Source: a virus
Length of the DNA: 64,000 bases
Virus record (IMG/VR): IMGVR_UViG_3300013132_000039
Location: 12,638-76,637 of that record
Direction: 5' to 3' (one strand)
The position numbers and the translations under genes are program-made. The notes beneath the pieces are model-generated. The model did no database searches and had not been told where the DNA came from. It saw only the letters and a list, made by a program, of their open reading frames with translations. Positions 28,750 to 37,045 of this stretch are shown in pieces (position 1 is the stretch's first letter; every line of letters begins with the position of its first letter).

Positions 28750-29317
28750 ACAAACAACATTATTTAGAGCCGATCTATTTCATAAAGGAAATATAGGAAC
28801 CACTGAACAAAGAACTGAACTCATTAAAGAACTTAAGGCCGCTAGTTCTAGTGTGGAAGAAATAGATATGTCCAATCCGGGTTGTAAACGAATCTATAAG
28901 CCTTGCAAAAATATAGAATGGCTTTATAAAGAAATAGATCAATTACTATCATCTGCTATTGACTTTTATCAAAAAGAAGATATAATATTTAAATCACACT
29001 CAAAGGAGAGAAAAAAAACTGACTATTGGGCTAATATAAATTCTCCTGGAAGTAGAAATGTATTTCACAGTCATAAAGAAAATACCTTTTCTTTAGTTTA
29101 TTATTTGCAAGCAGATGGAACTGGCGCTTTAAGATTTGTTAATAGTTCTAATATATTAGGTGATTGTAATTCTATGTCTCCATTCTCGAGAGATTTTGAA
29201 GTCCATCCAAAAGAAGGGGATTTGTTTTTATGGCCGAGCTGGGTCCCGCACGAAGTAGAAACAAATCAATCTAATATAGAAAGAATTAACTTGGTTTTTA
29301 ATATAACTTTACACTAA
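28742..29317 (+). CDS. 2OG-Fe(II) oxygenase, HxH type (TIGR02466-like)
   Basis: WANIN..G..NVFHSH...SLVYYLQ...PKEGDLFLWPSWVPHEV..N...RINLVFN. Confidence 0.85.
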   Translation: MHRQTTLFRADLFHKGNIGTTEQRTELIKELKAASSSVEEIDMSNPGCKRIYKPCKNIEWLYKEIDQLLSSAIDFYQKEDIIFKSHSKERKKTDYWANINSPGSRNVFHSHKENTFSLVYYLQADGTGALRFVNSSNILGDCNSMSPFSRDFEVHPKEGDLFLWPSWVPHEVETNQSNIERINLVFNITLH

Positions 29318-30057
29318 TGAAAAAAATTACATTTTTCTCAATTACGCCTGGACTTAAAGAATTATTTCCAGTTATTCCTGCACAACAATATAAACCTAAA
29401 TGGGTAAGTAAAGCTAGAGAATCTTTTAAGGAAGAATTAAAAAATTATGAAGGCGATAAATTTTCACACATTTATAGATGTCCTGGAATTTTTGATTTGA
29501 TGAAGTATGGATATATACTTACTTTACCGTTTGACTTAACTATAGAAACTAATGGGGATAAAGAAACAGTATCATACATACTACCATCAACTGATTTAAA
29601 ATTATTAATGGGTACAGAACCTTTATCTGCCCATATGGATAATAAAATTGTAGGATTTTTTCCTCCTAAGCCCTGGTCTATTAAAACTATTATTAAAATA
29701 ACAACTCCTTGGTATATAATTGCTCCAAAAAATTTAAAGTTTTTAATTATACCTATTCCATATTCGGACAACTATGAATTTGAAATGGCTCCGGGTATTT
29801 TAGATCCAGGACTTAGCAGCGAAATTAATTTCCAGTTACATTGGAATGTTGTTATAGGCAAAAGAACAATAAAAGCAGGAACTCCTATTTGTCAAATTAT
29901 TCCTATAAGTGAGGAAAAATATGAACTAGAAGTTCGTGATGCAACTGAAAAAGATTTAAAGTGGATTAGGATGAAACGATACTTTTATGGGTTTAGCTTT
30001 AACTTTAATAAAAATATCTTTAAAAAAATGTACGAAAAATGGTTTAATCTAAAATGA
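29317..30057 (+). CDS. Hypothetical protein, probable dUTPase-like fold (DUF6065-like)
   Basis: RCPGIFD...GYIL...PWYI...PGILD...IKAGTPICQIIP pattern. Confidence 0.5.
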   Translation: MKKITFFSITPGLKELFPVIPAQQYKPKWVSKARESFKEELKNYEGDKFSHIYRCPGIFDLMKYGYILTLPFDLTIETNGDKETVSYILPSTDLKLLMGTEPLSAHMDNKIVGFFPPKPWSIKTIIKITTPWYIIAPKNLKFLIIPIPYSDNYEFEMAPGILDPGLSSEINFQLHWNVVIGKRTIKAGTPICQIIPISEEKYELEVRDATEKDLKWIRMKRYFYGFSFNFNKNIFKKMYEKWFNLK

Positions 30058-30584
30058 GAATTGATAGATTTATCACTCCTACTTGGCTAGGACATATAGA
30101 AATAACAGATAAGACCATAGACAGCTATAGGAAATGGGCAGATTTTGAAAAAACATTGGATCCTTTAGGAGCTACACTTTCAACTACTGTGAAAGGATGG
30201 CAATATATTTTTCATCAAAATGACAAAGATCCTATTTGGTTGCAAGATTTAAGATCTGAAATTACAAAAATTAAAGAAGAAGTAAATTGGAGTAGGGTAA
30301 AAACTATATGGGCTATCGATTACGAGCCAGGAGGATATCAAGACCCTCATTTTCATAATGTTGGGGTAGTCCAGCTTGTTTCTGTTATTATAAACTTATT
30401 AGGAACTGCTCAACTCATACTACAAGACCCTAGACCGATAGCGCAAGCTCAAGGAGAAGATTTCGCTAGTATTATAGATTTATCTCCAGGAGATTGGTGT
30501 GCCTTTCCATCATACATTATACATAACTCTAGGCCCTGTGAAAAACATCGTAGCATACTAGTTATAGATGCTTTTTTAGGATAG
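30054..30584 (+). CDS. 2OG-Fe(II) oxygenase, HxH type
   Basis: PGGYQDPHFH...QDPRP...PGDWCAFPSYIIHNSRP...RSILVID. Confidence 0.75.
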   Translation: MRIDRFITPTWLGHIEITDKTIDSYRKWADFEKTLDPLGATLSTTVKGWQYIFHQNDKDPIWLQDLRSEITKIKEEVNWSRVKTIWAIDYEPGGYQDPHFHNVGVVQLVSVIINLLGTAQLILQDPRPIAQAQGEDFASIIDLSPGDWCAFPSYIIHNSRPCEKHRSILVIDAFLG

Positions 30585-30587
30585 GAA

Positions 30588-31136
30588 ATGAAATACAGTT
30601 ACTATCATATTCCAAAATTTCATTCAATTTCAGAATGCAAAGCAATTTATAATCATTGTTTAGAAAATATTAACCATTCAATTGAAGATTTTCCTGCTGT
30701 AGATGTTGTAAAAACAAGTAAAGTAAAATACTGTTACTTCGGCAACGTAAAAGATGCATTAGATAAAATTAAACATATTACTATAGATATTAATAGGCAA
30801 TTTTTTGGATTCGACCTTTATGAAAAATCTAACTTCGACACAGCTAATCTGAATGAGTACTCAGATACCAACCAAGGAGAATATGGATGGCATTCAGATG
30901 GACACTTGGATGGTATTTGGGATTCTAAATTAACAGTAATCTTAAATCTTTCTCAAGACGAATATGAAGGAGGAGATTTCGAGATTTTTTTAAATAAGCC
31001 TATAAAAATTAATGAATTTAAAGAATCGGGTTCATTATTAATCTTTCCTTCATTCCTACATCACAGAGTAACACCAGTCACTAAGGGTCACCGCATTACA
31101 CTATCTCAATGGTTTTTAGGACCTGCACTTAGATAA
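30588..31136 (+). CDS. 2OG-Fe(II) oxygenase, PKHD/YbiX-like
   Basis: YGWHSD...KLTVILNLS..EYEGGDF...IFPSFLHHRVTPVTKG.R. Confidence 0.88.
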   Translation: MKYSYYHIPKFHSISECKAIYNHCLENINHSIEDFPAVDVVKTSKVKYCYFGNVKDALDKIKHITIDINRQFFGFDLYEKSNFDTANLNEYSDTNQGEYGWHSDGHLDGIWDSKLTVILNLSQDEYEGGDFEIFLNKPIKINEFKESGSLLIFPSFLHHRVTPVTKGHRITLSQWFLGPALR

Positions 31137-31398
31137 GATGTTTTGATTCTTCTATCTTTTCAGAAATTTTTTGTCGTATTTTAATTATATTATTTCTTGT
31201 TTCAACTGTGGCAGTAGGAATCCTATGGCTTATAACTACCTCATTATGTTGTATATCAATTTTTTTAACTTCATTAAGCAAGGCATTTAATAAAGCATAA
31301 AGTTCTTCTTTAACTTTATCATTGTTAATTTTATTAATCTTATTTTTAAAATTAATATATTCTTCTTGAAATTCTTTACTCTTTTCTAGATTAAACAT
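31129..31398 (-). CDS. Small helical hypothetical protein
   Basis: AGGA SD on the minus strand; last gene of the gp14-gp15-Nudix unit. Confidence 0.6.
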   Translation of the reverse strand: MFNLEKSKEFQEEYINFKNKINKINNDKVKEELYALLNALLNEVKKIDIQHNEVVISHRIPTATVETRNNIIKIRQKISEKIEESKHLI

Positions 31399-31406
31399 TT
31401 ATATTC

Positions 31407-31865
31407 CTACATTATTTCGATTAAATCAACTATAGTATTAATTTTGTTCTGTATAATTTTATTTTTCAAACTTAAGTCTAATGCTTTATGAACGGGCTTA
31501 GGAAAATAGTTTAGATTAAACCACCCCCATCCTAGGTGTTCTTCGCTAAGTTTAGGAACAAATTCGTCTTCAACTATACAAAAATACGTACTAAAATTAA
31601 ACAGATTGTCATTGCTTACAAACTTTTCTAAAGGTATTATTTTACTAATGTTCGGTAGAAAACTTAATTCTTCTTCTATTTCACGTTGTAAACCCTGCCA
31701 GGCTGTTTCTCCTTGCAGATGCGTACCTCCAACAAGCCCCCAGGTTCCGTTATGCTTTCCATTAGACTTTTGTAATAATAAAACTCGTTGAGTAGCTCTT
31801 GAACATATTATTGCGCCCGAACATATTATTTTTTTAGAGTTGTATTCTCCACTGCCCTCTATCAT
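31407..31865 (-). CDS. Nudix hydrolase
   Basis: WGLVGGTHLQGETAWQGLQREIEEEL Nudix box, LSEEH...W; start uncertain (31865 or 31901). Confidence 0.85.
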   Translation of the reverse strand: MIEGSGEYNSKKIICSGAIICSRATQRVLLLQKSNGKHNGTWGLVGGTHLQGETAWQGLQREIEEELSFLPNISKIIPLEKFVSNDNLFNFSTYFCIVEDEFVPKLSEEHLGWGWFNLNYFPKPVHKALDLSLKNKIIQNKINTIVDLIEIM

Positions 31866-33483
31866 ATTCACCTTCAAAGCTTTTTGTCCAAGACACGCCA
31901 TCCCACTTGTACTGTGTGCCTGTATAGTAATTAGTTTGATAGATTATGGAGTCGGTTCGAGTTTGAGCGCTAAAAATCATACGCCATTCTGTGCCATTCC
32001 AAGATATAATATCATTAGAATATGCTATTGTATCATCCCCAGAGCTGGATTTCCAAGCATCCGGACCATCTTCATTAAAATTAAGAATATAAGTTATAGT
32101 ACTTCCTTTAGGAATAACAGTGCTAGTTTTAATATGGCATTTTCCTGATACGTTATCTAATAGATGAGAAGTAAGTACTCCATTAACAAATAGTTTACTA
32201 GAGTTTATAACATCAAAATCTTCTCCTGTATTAATAATTTTAGACGATCTAAGACTAATAAAAGTTTCTCTAGCACCACCCCCTAGATTTTCAACTAACA
32301 AATATCTTACTCCTGCACTGATAGGTTGATCAAAATGTTCTCCGTTGGGTCTTTTAGGATTAAATGTTTGCGGATTAACTATTGCATCAAAGGTACCTCG
32401 ACCTGTACTATTATCATATCCTAAATCTATGTTTTGAATATTACCCTGATCATCTATATAGTTATTACTATGGGCAGTATCTGGATCCCATATAACGCTT
32501 AATAATCCAGGATCCAAAGGATTCAAAGCTAAAGTTCCTACTACTATAGTTCCATCTTTTTGTATTAAAAAAATCTTACTTAGGCCTGATCTAAAATCTC
32601 CAGGTATCTGCTCTAGTAAAATACTCCAAGCCAAATTATCTTTTTCACCTTTGGCTTTACTAAACATACGTATACCCTCAGGAGTAACTAATATTTCAAA
32701 ATTACCCACAGTAGTAGTGGAAGTAAACTCGTAATCAGTCAGACCAAGTCCATAAGCTTCAGTGTCGGTACCAAGCCCTTCTACATAGTCACCTATTCCT
32801 CCTGTGGTTCCCGTATAAATGTTATTAATAATACTTGTAACTACACCTAATTTTTTAATCTTAATCGGAGGAGTTAACCAGGTAGGTGTTTTTAATGTTA
32901 TAGAAGCAATATCAATAGAGCTATTTGTTCCTACTGGAACAGCTCTTGAACTAAAGTTCACATCTTCTAACTCTACAACACTTAAACTTGTCCAATCAAT
33001 ATAATTATCTGTAGTTTGTATCTCAAGACTAGGGTTAAACAAAACTAAAATTTGTTCAAGTATTTGTAATTTTTGTTCAGTGTTAGATGTCCATATGTCA
33101 ACTTTCACTGTAAGATCAAACGGTGTAGGCATTAACCTTTCTACTGTAAAATTTTTACCTTGTTCACTTGTATAAAAATCATTACCTCCACTGTCAGATT
33201 CAATAGCTCGCTCTCTAATTTGCATTTTACTAATAAATGTAGGCTCTTGAATTCGTTGACGATTAAGTTCGTATTCTGTAATGTATACTGCTATTCTAGG
33301 TACACTAGGTATAGAATTTTCACTATTCTGATTAATAATATGGGCTACTTGTCTATCAGGGTCACCGTACATTACAGGAACTCTTACCAATGTTCCGTCA
33401 CCGTATCGTACTACAAAATTACTCAAAAGACGAACAATCTGAGTGACATATCGTCTTATTTGACCGTCGTAAAAAAATTGCAT
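31834..33483 (-). CDS. gp15: Tail terminator / sheath stabiliser, gp15-like, with long C-terminal extension
   Basis: FFYDGQIRRY...VPVMYG...PRIAV...MPTPFDL...QILEQILVLFNPS. Confidence 0.75.
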   Translation of the reverse strand: MQFFYDGQIRRYVTQIVRLLSNFVVRYGDGTLVRVPVMYGDPDRQVAHIINQNSENSIPSVPRIAVYITEYELNRQRIQEPTFISKMQIRERAIESDSGGNDFYTSEQGKNFTVERLMPTPFDLTVKVDIWTSNTEQKLQILEQILVLFNPSLEIQTTDNYIDWTSLSVVELEDVNFSSRAVPVGTNSSIDIASITLKTPTWLTPPIKIKKLGVVTSIINNIYTGTTGGIGDYVEGLGTDTEAYGLGLTDYEFTSTTTVGNFEILVTPEGIRMFSKAKGEKDNLAWSILLEQIPGDFRSGLSKIFLIQKDGTIVVGTLALNPLDPGLLSVIWDPDTAHSNNYIDDQGNIQNIDLGYDNSTGRGTFDAIVNPQTFNPKRPNGEHFDQPISAGVRYLLVENLGGGARETFISLRSSKIINTGEDFDVINSSKLFVNGVLTSHLLDNVSGKCHIKTSTVIPKGSTITYILNFNEDGPDAWKSSSGDDTIAYSNDIISWNGTEWRMIFSAQTRTDSIIYQTNYYTGTQYKWDGVSWTKSFEGEYDRGQWRIQL

Positions 33484-34778
33484 TATAAATCTGCCTTAGG
33501 TTTGAGTGCTTTACTTATTGGTTGACGTTCATCTACCATATCGCCGTCGATATTAGAAACTTTTGTATTATTAATAAAGCTAGTTTTCAATGTGCTTCTT
33601 GTGTCAGTATTAGTTAGAGTATGTCTAACATTATCCTCACGCTTTACCCAACGTTTACCCGAGTACCTAAACAGTCTATTTGGGCGATAATCAGTTCTTA
33701 AAAAGTAATCTCCTTCTACTGCGCCTTGTGGGAACCCAGTTCCGAATCCAAACTGCACACCGTTGTCTGGTACACCGTCGCCTAACAAGTATCCGTGATA
33801 TCCGGTTCGTAACGGCCTTTCCATTATTCTACTTGCATCTAACGTTGTCATACTAACATCAATATCAGTTTCATCTGCTGTTTTAAGAGCAGGATTCCCT
33901 TCATCATCGACAGCCAAAGTAAATAGTTGTCTTGTTTCATATCCGCTTTTAGGAGCGTTAGCTTCTGCTTCTGCTATAATTGCATCATTAATTTCTAAAG
34001 CTTTATTTTGAGTACTAACTGTTTCCTGGATAGTAGTGCCTGTATATAAAGAGAAGTAGGTGCTTTCAGGTGGTTCATGCCCGGACACAGTGGATAATAC
34101 TGTATAAAGATTGCCTTGGTACCTAATTATTTGCCCTGCTGTATAAGTTGTACTACTATCATAATCTCCTACAAAATTAGCATCTTTATTTGTGGGAGAT
34201 TTTAGAATATCTGTAAACTGTTGACTATCGGTAATTTTCTTTAATTTTAATCTATATAAATGGGGATACCATGTTCGGCTAAAACCTTCGCTGGCTCTTC
34301 CTACATCTTCTATAACATAGAACCTAGGTAAACTAGTATCAAAATCATTTAATGCAAATTCATCACGCAAATGTGGCAATTCCACCACGTCGCCGCTTAA
34401 AGGTTTACGACCGATTAATTTTATTGTATCATTAATATGAACAGTAATTGTTAAAGTATCATTATCAAGCCAAAGACCGAATTGGCTTAAGTTAAAATCT
34501 ATATCTGCTACGTTATAAATGCCTCTAAGGGTATAAATGCTTGGATCATATTTTCTATCTCTATTTTCTAAAAATAGTAAATCCTGTATGTTTGTTACGC
34601 TTTGATTAGCATAATGAGGGCGTTCCGGAGTAGCTTCTCCTTCTGCTGTGTTCAGCGGTCCTATATATTTGTGAAAATAAAGATCTGTTCCTCCAACCTG
34701 GAACATTTCACTTATGTTTCTATCAAGGAATTTATAATCGTTGCCCTTTTCTGGACGGTAAAGTGATAAACGTGGCAT
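33483..34778 (-). CDS. gp14: Neck protein, gp14-like
   Basis: DLLFLENRDRKY...LSQFGL...GDVVELP...YVIEDV; next to gp13 and gp15; start set at MPRLSL, downstream of the late promoter. Confidence 0.65.
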   Translation of the reverse strand: MPRLSLYRPEKGNDYKFLDRNISEMFQVGGTDLYFHKYIGPLNTAEGEATPERPHYANQSVTNIQDLLFLENRDRKYDPSIYTLRGIYNVADIDFNLSQFGLWLDNDTLTITVHINDTIKLIGRKPLSGDVVELPHLRDEFALNDFDTSLPRFYVIEDVGRASEGFSRTWYPHLYRLKLKKITDSQQFTDILKSPTNKDANFVGDYDSSTTYTAGQIIRYQGNLYTVLSTVSGHEPPESTYFSLYTGTTIQETVSTQNKALEINDAIIAEAEANAPKSGYETRQLFTLAVDDEGNPALKTADETDIDVSMTTLDASRIMERPLRTGYHGYLLGDGVPDNGVQFGFGTGFPQGAVEGDYFLRTDYRPNRLFRYSGKRWVKREDNVRHTLTNTDTRSTLKTSFINNTKVSNIDGDMVDERQPISKALKPKADL

Positions 34779-34785
34779 AGTCATA

Positions 34786-34800
34786 TATTTATGGTAAATA
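34786..34800. promoter_or_regulatory. Back-to-back divergent late promoters (ATAAATA on minus, GTAAATA on plus)
   Basis: tatttatggtaaata between divergent gp14 and gp13. Confidence 0.65.
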
Positions 34801-34815
34801 TTAATGGAGAATAGT

Positions 34816-35577
34816 ATGAACGACAATCCACAAGAAGAACGACAAAAAGTCTATGATTATTGCCGCACCATGCTGGGTGATGGCATGATTGATGTTGAAT
34901 TAGATCCTGCTCATTACGAAACTGCTCTTAATCGCACGTTAAACAAGTACAGACAACGTAGTAGTCACAGTGTAGAAGAAAGCTATTGCTTTTTAACTCT
35001 TGAAAAAGATAAAAATGATTACAAGTTAAGTGAAGAAATAATCAATGTACAAAGTGCATTTCGTAGAACATTAGGGTCCAGAACAGGCGGCGGCACAGGA
35101 ACAAATTTTGAACCTTTTAATTTAGCTTATACAAATACATATTTACTAAACAGCACAATGTTAGGAGGTATAGCAACATATTTTATGTTTGCCAGCTATC
35201 AGGAACTAATAGGTAAAATGTTTGGATCATATATTGAATTCCAGTGGATACAGCATAGCAGAACTTTTAGAATTTTACAACGTCCATTTGCAGATGCTGA
35301 AGTATTAATGCTTCGTGTTCAAAACTATAAACCCGATTTTATTATTTTAAATGACTTATATGCTAAACAATGGATATTAGATTATACCTTGGCTAATTGT
35401 AAAATTATCTTAGGTGAAGCACGTAGTAAGTTTGCAAACATCGCCGGGCCTCAGGGTGGTGGACAGCTAAATGGTGGAGATCTTAAAACTCAAGGTACAG
35501 CGGAAATAGAAAAATTAGAAAAAGAACTGTTTGACCTTATCCCCGGCGGAACCGGATATACTTTTATTATAGGTTAA
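34816..35577 (+). CDS. gp13: Neck protein, gp13-like
   Basis: LGDGMIDVEL...WILDYTLA..K..LG..RSKF..I.GP.GG.QLNG..L...EIEKLE; ATG 34816 follows GGAG (34804 is an alternative start). Confidence 0.8.
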   Translation: MNDNPQEERQKVYDYCRTMLGDGMIDVELDPAHYETALNRTLNKYRQRSSHSVEESYCFLTLEKDKNDYKLSEEIINVQSAFRRTLGSRTGGGTGTNFEPFNLAYTNTYLLNSTMLGGIATYFMFASYQELIGKMFGSYIEFQWIQHSRTFRILQRPFADAEVLMLRVQNYKPDFIILNDLYAKQWILDYTLANCKIILGEARSKFANIAGPQGGGQLNGGDLKTQGTAEIEKLEKELFDLIPGGTGYTFIIG

Positions 35578-35579
35578 TT

Positions 35580-35936
35580 ATGAAAATTTTTGAGATCTTA
35601 ACTGAAAAAGCAGAAAAAAAATTAGGCAAAAATATTAAACAATCTGGAAGTCACGCCAAACAATATCATGATATAGACCAATACTATGGTATGTATAGAT
35701 TCGGTATACAGATGGCGGGTGCTCCTGATAAACCTATAAACAAAGAAGGCCCAGCTAAAGATGTACCTGCTGTTTGGATGTATAGCAAAGGTGAGGAAGA
35801 TATTGTTAATGCCGCACAACGAAACCAAGGTATTAGTGGAAAAACTTTAGTAGGCAAAGGACCTAGCGAAGAATTAAAAGTGGTTAATAAAAATAGCATA
35901 GTAGCCAAGCCAAAACCTAACAAATATGGTGTCTAA
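35580..35936 (+). CDS. Hypothetical protein, possible internal head protein
   Basis: N-terminus MKIFEILTE resembles a capsid-targeting leader. Confidence 0.55.
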   Translation: MKIFEILTEKAEKKLGKNIKQSGSHAKQYHDIDQYYGMYRFGIQMAGAPDKPINKEGPAKDVPAVWMYSKGEEDIVNAAQRNQGISGKTLVGKGPSEELKVVNKNSIVAKPKPNKYGV

Positions 35937-35939
35937 ATA

Positions 35940-35968
35940 TTGACATCTTAATCTAAATTTAATAAAAT
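35940..35968 (+). promoter_or_regulatory. Sigma70-type promoter TTGACA-N17-TAAAAT
   Basis: Near-consensus boxes with 17-nt spacer upstream of dNMP kinase. Confidence 0.75.
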
Positions 35969-35989
35969 ATAGTATCGGTAGGAGATACT

Positions 35990-36688
35990 ATGATAGTAGG
36001 ATTCGTTGGATTTATTGGGTCAGGCAAAGATACAGCAGCAGATTATCTTGTTAACTTTCATGGATTTAGAAGAGATAGTTTTGCAAATACACTAAAAGAT
36101 GCAGTAGCAGCAGTGTTTGGTTGGGATAGAACGCTATTAGAAGGACGAACAGCTGAAAGTAGAGAATGGCGAGATCAAGTCGACTTTTGGTGGTCTAATC
36201 GATTAGGTAGACAAATTACTCCTCGCTGGGTCTTACAATACTGGGGTACCGAAGTTCTAAGAACTAATTTTCACGATGATATTTGGATTGCAAGTCTTGA
36301 AAATAAATTGCGAAAAACAAAAGATAATATTGTTATTAGCGATGTCAGATTTCCTAACGAAATTGAAGCAATACACAATGCTAAAGGGCTAGTAGTTAGA
36401 GTGAAACGCGGCCCTGACCCTGATTGGTACAATGATGCACTCAATATGAACAAAGGCCCAACAAATATGAGTTGGGCTATAAGCAAACAACGTATGAGTG
36501 AGTTAAAAATTCATGCAAGCGAAACAAGTTGGGTTGGCGGCGATATAGACTATACAATCACTAACGACTCGACTATAGATGAATTATTTCAGCAACTTAG
36601 AAATCTGGTAGAAGATCACCTTGACGCCATTGATGCCCTTCAATATGCAAAACCCTCTGACAGTTCGCACATATTGTCTTTAGGTTAA
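35990..36688 (+). CDS. Deoxynucleoside monophosphate kinase (T4 gp1-like)
   Basis: GFIGSGKDT P-loop, SFANTLKD, PRWVLQYWGTE, VISDVRFPNE. Confidence 0.92.
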   Translation: MIVGFVGFIGSGKDTAADYLVNFHGFRRDSFANTLKDAVAAVFGWDRTLLEGRTAESREWRDQVDFWWSNRLGRQITPRWVLQYWGTEVLRTNFHDDIWIASLENKLRKTKDNIVISDVRFPNEIEAIHNAKGLVVRVKRGPDPDWYNDALNMNKGPTNMSWAISKQRMSELKIHASETSWVGGDIDYTITNDSTIDELFQQLRNLVEDHLDAIDALQYAKPSDSSHILSLG

Positions 36689-36938
36689 CTGAACGAGTAT
36701 TATTTAAATTACCGTCAATGTGATAAACATTGAATTGCTCTTTATACTTACTCTTAAAGCCACACTTATCGCATAAGGATTTTACACGATATCCATCTTG
36801 GTACCATTTAGGATATCCTTTGCCTACTCCACCGTACCTAATACAGATTTCACATTTTTTCCTATAAAAAATTTTACCATTCTTGTGATAGTTTACAGCA
36901 GCAGGTCTTAGTTTACAAATACATAAAGGACGTGACAT
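36597..36938 (-). CDS. Zinc-finger HNH-like protein
   Basis: CxC, CxxC, CDKCGF...HIDGNLNN...NL..ICANC; TAAATA 4 nt upstream of the ATG. Confidence 0.75.
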   Translation of the reverse strand: MSRPLCICKLRPAAVNYHKNGKIFYRKKCEICIRYGGVGKGYPKWYQDGYRVKSLCDKCGFKSKYKEQFNVYHIDGNLNNTRSVNLKTICANCQRVLHIEGHQWRQGDLLPDF

Positions 36939-37005
36939 ATTGTATTTAGTTGCCCTTTTTGGTCCCTTTTCTTAGGGTAATAACTGTTTATTTTTGGAAA
37001 AATCC

Positions 37006-37013
37006 AATAAATA
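37006..37013 (+). promoter_or_regulatory. Late promoter AATAAATA
   Basis: Upstream of the sheath gene SD. Confidence 0.7.
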
Positions 37014-37045
37014 ATATTAGAACAGAAACCTTAGGAGAATCCAAG

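Noticed and set aside
24345-31136. Idea that the tailoring operon makes the chromophore for the phycobiliprotein-like domains
   Set aside because: No heme oxygenase, ferredoxin-dependent bilin reductase or lyase recognised here; only proximity supports the link
36950-37045. Longer ORF-track starts for the sheath gene (also 518, 34826, 40795, 46107, 48799, 60937, 61938)
   Set aside because: Most extensions run through promoters, terminators or upstream genes, and the downstream ATGs have better SD or late-box context
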